Source: Leptogorgia sarmentosa
Lineage: Eukaryota
NCBI GenBank assembly: GCA_964658305.1
Contig: OZ210885.1
Span: forward strand, 1 to 64,000
Direction of reading: 5' to 3'
DNA length: 64,000 nt
Positions 59,101 to 64,000 of this stretch are shown here, in pieces (positions within the stretch are counted from its first letter, which is position 1; each line of letters opens with the position of its first letter). The translations under genes and the position numbers were made by a program. The notes beneath the pieces are model-generated. The model was not told where the DNA came from. It ran no database searches and saw nothing but the letters and a program-made list of their open reading frames with translations.

Positions 59101-62100
59101 GCCCATGCGCTTACGTCAAAATTTGTTTTCTTCGTTTTTTCTTCGTTTTTTTCAACATCCCAGACATTGTGAAAGTGTTAAAAGTAAGAATTGTCAAGGA
59201 AGAAACGGAAAAAAAGTTTTGAGTGAAAAAAGCCGAAAATAATTTCGTCAAGCGCATTGCGCATGCGCGTACGTCAAAATTTATTTTCATCGTTTTTTCT
59301 TCGTTTTTTTCAGCATCCCAGACATTGTGAAAGTATTAAAAAGCAAGAATAGTCAAGGAAGAAACAAACAAAAAAATTTTGAGTGAAAAAACCGAGAATA
59401 ATTTCGTCTGGACAAGGCTGGAAAAGGTTGGGTTGGGCTGAAAAAGGTTGGGGTTAGGCTGGAAAAGGGTGGGGCTAGGCTGGAAAACGTTGCGGTTAGG
59501 CTGGAAAAGTTGCGGTTAGACTGGAAAAGGTTGGGCTTAGGCTGGAAAAGGTTGGGGTTAGGGTTAGGGAAATGAGAGAGTGATGAAGGAAGATGTTTAA
59601 AACACTCACCTCTTTGAACCGTCTGTCCATGAGAAAATGCACAGGTTCACGCTGCTCTTGCACAAATTCATTTTCTTCTTCATCAACTTCATCACTGGAT
59701 GATTGAGCATACCCAGGCCTAGCAAAGAGCAGGCTTGATTAGCATTTCAACTTAAAAGGACCATCATATAAAGAAGGGCACAATTTAAAAAGGTAAAGTA
59801 ATGGTGTCAGGATATTTGTAGTAACTTTGACGTACGTGAAAATTTATTTTCATCGTTTTTTGTTCGTTTTTTTCAGCATCCCAGACATTGTGAAAGTATT
59901 AAAAAGCAAGAATAGTCAAGGAAGAAACAAACAAAAAATTTTTGAGTGAAAAAACCGAGAATAATTTCGTCTGGACAAGGCTAGAAAAGGTTGGGATTGG
60001 GCGGAAAAAGGTTGGGGTTAGGCTGGAAAAGGGTGGGGCTAGGCTGGATAAGGTTGCGGTTAGGCTGGAAAAGTTGCGGTTATGCTGGAAAAGTTGCGGT
60101 TAGGCTGGAAAATGTTGGGGTAAGGCTGGAAAAGGTTGGGGTTAGGCTGGAAAAGGTTGGGGTTAGGCTGGCAAAGGTTGCGGTTAGGCTTGAAAAGGTT
60201 GCGGTTAGGCTGGAAAAGGTTGGGGTTAAACTGGAAAAGTTTGGGGTTAAACTGGAAAAGGTTGGGGTTGGGCTGGAAAAGGGTGGGCCTAGGCTGGAAA
60301 GGGTGGGCCTAGGCTGGAAAAGGCTGCGGTTAGGCTGGAAAAGTTGCGGTTAGGCTGGAAAAGGTTGGGGTTAGGCTGGAAAAGGGTGGGGTTAGGCTGG
60401 AAAAGGTTGCGGTTAGGCTGGAAAAGGTTGGGGTTAGGCTGGAAAAGGGTGGGACTAGGCTGGAAAGGTTGCGGTTAGGCTGGAAAAGTGTGGGGTTAGG
60501 CTGAAAATGTCGCGCTTAGGCTGGAAAAGTTGCGGTTAGGCTGAAAAGGTGGGGGTTAGGCTGGAAAAGGTTGGGGTTAGGCTGGAAAAGTTTGGGGTTA
60601 GGCTGGAAAAGGTTGGGGTTAGGCTGGAAAAGGTTGCGGTTAGGCTGGAAAAGGTTGCGGTTAGGCTGGAAAAGGTTGCGGTTAAACTGGAAAAGGTTGG
60701 GGTTAGGCTGGAAAAGGTTGGGGTTAGGCTGGAAAAGGGTGGGGCTAGGCTGGAAAAGGTTGCGGTTAGGCTGGAAAAGTTGCGGTTAGGCTGGAAAAGT
60801 TGCGGTTAGGCTGGAAATGGTGGGGGTTAGGCTGGAAAATGTTGGGGTTAGGCTGGAAAAGGTTGGGCTTAGGCTGGAAAAGGTTGGGGTTAAACTGGAA
60901 AAGGTTGGAGTTAGGCTGGAAAAGGTTGGGGTTATGCTGGAAAAGGTTGGGGTTAGGCTGGAAAAGTTGCGGTTAGGCTGGAAAAGGTTGGGGTTAGGCT
61001 GGAAAAGGTTGGGGTTAGGCTGGAAAAGGTTGGGGTTAGGCTGGAAAAGGTTGGGGTTAGGCTGGAAAAGGTTGGGGTTAGGCTGGAAAAGGTTGCGGTT
61101 AGGTTCGAATAGGTTGGGGTTAGGCTGGAAAAGTTGGGGTTAGGCTGGAAAAGGTTGGGGTTAAGCTGGAAAAGGTTTCGGTTAGGCTGGAAAAGGTTGG
61201 GGTTAGGCTGGAAAAGGTTGCGGTTAGGCTGGAAAAGGTTGGGGTTAGGCTGGAAAAGGTTGGGGTTAGGCTGGAAAAGGTTGGGCTTAGGCTGGAAAAG
61301 GTTGGGGTTAGGCTGGAAAAGGTTGGGGTTAGGCTGGAAAAGGTGGGGCTAGGCTGGAAAAGGTTGCGGTTAGGCTGGAAAAGTTGCGGTTAGGCTGGAA
61401 AAGTTGCGGTTAGGCTGGAAATGGTGGGGGTTAGGCTGGAAAATGTTGGGGTTAGGCTGGAAAAGGTTGGGGTTAGGCTGGAAAAGGTTGGGGTTAGGCT
61501 CGAATGGGTTCGGGTTAGGCTGGAAAAGTTGGGGTTAGGCTGGAAAAGGTTGGGGTTAGGCTGGAAAAGGTTTCGGTTAGGCTGGAAAAGGTTGGGGTTA
61601 GGCTGGAAAAGGTTGCGGTTAGGCTGGAAAACGTTGGGGTTAGGCTGGAAAAGGTGGGGGTTAGGCTGGAAAAGGTTGGGCTTAGGCTGGAAAAGGTTGG
61701 GGTTAAACTGGAAAAGGTTGGAGTTAGGCTGGAAAAGGTTGGGGTTATGCTGGAAAAGGTTGGGGTTAGGCTGGAAAAGTTGCGGTTAGGCTGGAAAAGG
61801 TTGGGGTTAGGCTGGAAAAGGTTGGGGTTAGGCTGAAAAAGGTTGGGGTTAGGCTGGAAAAGGTTGGGGTTAGGCTGAAAAAGGTTGGGGTTAGGCTGGA
61901 AAAGGTTGCGGTTAGGCTCGAATAGGTTGGGGTTAGGCTGGAAAAGTTGGGGTTAGGCTGGAAAAGGTTGGGGTTAGGCTGGAAAAGGTTTCGGTTAGGC
62001 TGGAAAAGGTTGGGGTTAGGCTGGAAAAGGTTGCGGTTAGGCTGGAAAAGGTTGGGGTTAGGCTGGAAAAAGGTTGGGGTTAGGCTGGAAAAGGTTGGGC

Positions 62101-64000
62101 TTAGGCTGGAAAAGGTTGGGGTTAAACTAGAAAAGGTTTGAGTTAGGCTGGAAAACGTTGGGATTAGGCTGGAAAAGGTTGGGGTTAGGCTGGAAAAGGT
62201 TGGGGTTAGGCTGGAAAAGGTTGGGGTTAGGCTGGAAAAGGTTGGGGTTAGGCTGGAAAAGGTTGGGGTTAGGCTGGAAAAGGTTGGGCTTAGGCTGGAA
62301 AAGGTTGGGGTTAAACTTTAAATTTTACTTTTTAAATTACGTCAAAATTTGTTTTCTTCGTTTTTTCTTCGTTTTTTTCAACATCCCAGACATTGTGAAA
62401 GTGTTAAAAGTAAGAATTGTCAAGGAAGAAACGGAAAAAAAGTTTTGAGTGAAAAAAGCCGAAAATAATTTCGTCAAGCGCATTGCGCATGCGCGTACGT
62501 CAAAATTTATTTTCATCGTTTTTTCTTCGTTTTTTTCAGCATCCCAGACATTGTGAAAGTATTAAAAAGCAAGAATAGTCAAGGAAGAAAGAAACAAAAA
62601 AATTTTGAGTGAAAAAACCGAGAATAATTTCGTCTGGACAAGGCTGGAAAAGGTTGGGTTGGGCTGAAAAAGGTTGGGGTTAGGCTGGAAAAGGGTGGGG
62701 CTAGGCTGGAAAACGTTGCGGTTAGGCTGGAAAAGTTGCGGTTAAACTGGAAAAGTCGCGGTTAGGCTGGAAAAGGGTGGGGCTAGGCTGGAAAAGGTGG
62801 GGGTTAGGCTGGAAAAGTTGCGGTTAGGCTGGAAAAGTTGCGGTTAGGCTGGAAAAGGTTGGGGTTAGGCTGGAAAAGGTTGGGGTTAGGCTGGAAAAGG
62901 TTGGGGTTAGGCTGGAAAAGGTTGCGGTTAGGCTGGAAAAGGTTGGGGTTAGGCTGGAAAAGGTTGGTGTTAGGCTGGAAAAGGTTGGGCTTAGGCTGGA
63001 AAAGGTTGGGGTTAGGGTTAGGGAAATGAGAGAGTGATGAAGGAAGATGTTTAAAACACTCACCTCTTTGAACCGTCTGTCCATGAGAAAATGCACAGGT
63101 TCACGCTGCTCTTGCACAAATTCATTTTCTTCTTCATCAACTTCATCACTGGATGATTGAGCATACCCAGGCCTAGCAAAGAGCAGGCTTGATTAGCATT
63201 TCAACTTACAAGGACCATCATATAAAGAAGGGCACAATTTAAAAAGGTAAAGTAATGGTGTCAGGATATTTGTAGTAACTTTGACGTACGTGAAAATTTA
63301 TTTTCATCGTTTTTTGTTCGTTTTTTTCAGCATCCCAGACATTGTGAAAGTATTAAAAAGCAAGAATAGTCAAGGAAGAAACAAACAAAAAATTTTTGAG
63401 TGAAAAAACCGAGAATAATTTCGTCTGGACAAGGCTAGAAAAGGTTGGGATTGGGCTCAAAAAGGTTGGGGTTAGGCTGGAAAAGGGTGGGGCGAGGCTG
63501 GAAAACGTTGCGGTTAGGCTGGAAAAGTTGCGGTTAGACTGGAAAAGTCGCGGTTAGGCTGGAAAAGGGTGGGGCTAGGCTGGAAAAGGTGGGGGTTAGG
63601 CTGGAAAAGTTGCGGTTAGGCTGGAAAAGGTTGGGGTTAGGCTGGAAAAGGTTGGGGTTAGGCTGGAAAAGGTTGGGCTTAGGCTGGAAAAGGTTGGGGT
63701 TAGGGTTAGGGAAATGAGAGAGTGATGAAGGAAGATGTTTAAAACACTCACCTCTTTGAACCGTCTGTCCATGAGAAAATGCACAGGTTCACGCTGCTCT
63801 TGCACAAATTCATTTTCTTCTTGATCAACTTCATCACTGGATGATTGAGCATACCCAGGCCTAGCAAAGAGCAGGCTTGATTAGCATTTCAACTTACAAG
63901 GACCATCATATAAAGAAGGGCACAATTTAAAAAGGTAAAGTAATGGTGTCAGGATATTTGTAGTAACTTTGACGTACGTGAAAATTTATTTTCATCGTTT
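47200..64000. repeat. Near-identical tandem duplication of about 8.7 kb (about 47200-55895 and about 55896 to the window end)
   Basis: Identical ORFs at a constant offset of 8696 (48050/56746, 49424/58120, 51295/59991). The offset then becomes 8487-8488 and 8426 after satellite-length deletions in the second copy. Confidence 0.95.

Larger units (their letters stand above)
13748..64000 (+). repeat. Large G-rich 20/21-bp subtelomeric satellite GGTTAGGCTGGAAA(A)GG(C/T)TG(C/G), interrupted by complex cassettes
   Basis: Continuous tandem arrays in the same orientation throughout, running past the window end. Source of the RLEKVGV and LGWKRLG ORFs. Confidence 0.98.

Noticed and set aside
13752..63805. 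Recurrent ORFs (RLEKVGV, LGWKRLG, MPFAKGQGAY, MISTLSFGER, MQEQREPVHF)
   Set aside because: They recur only because the DNA is repeated, and indels between copies break the frames. The MQEQRE ORFs are the 3' half of the captured exon reading through its donor site into satellite.
1..64000. Autonomous telomere-specific retrotransposon (SART/TRAS/HeT-A/Penelope-type) or Helitron RepHel
   Set aside because: No ORF with reverse transcriptase, endonuclease, gag, transposase or helicase motifs exists in the window.

Overview
This window is the left end of a eukaryotic chromosome or contig, most likely from a metazoan marine invertebrate (the taxon is an inference). It contains no intact protein-coding gene, and the long ORFs in the track are translations of tandem repeats. 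From the end inward: (1) about 10 CCCTAA telomeric repeats, then about 1.15 kb of a near-perfect non-canonical 9-mer (CCCCTCTAA, G-strand TTAGAGGGG). (2) Several subtelomeric minisatellites. (3) A 2.7-8 kb mosaic repeat with two degenerate antisense 28S rRNA fragments, whose D3-region piece appears to have been amplified as a satellite module. (4) Mostly unique AT-rich DNA (8-13.7 kb) with a tRNA-like relic, a SINE-like motif, minus-strand exon relics and 21-bp and 59-bp satellites. (5) About 50 kb of a G-rich, TTAGG-containing 20/21-bp satellite oriented opposite to the telomere. It is interrupted by a recurring cassette A (about 160-bp modules plus a unique core of about 280 bp) and a recurring cassette B (TTAGGGTTAGGG plus a captured 109-bp MFAP1-like exon with intact splice sites). 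The array is organised into nested duplications up to about 8.7 kb.
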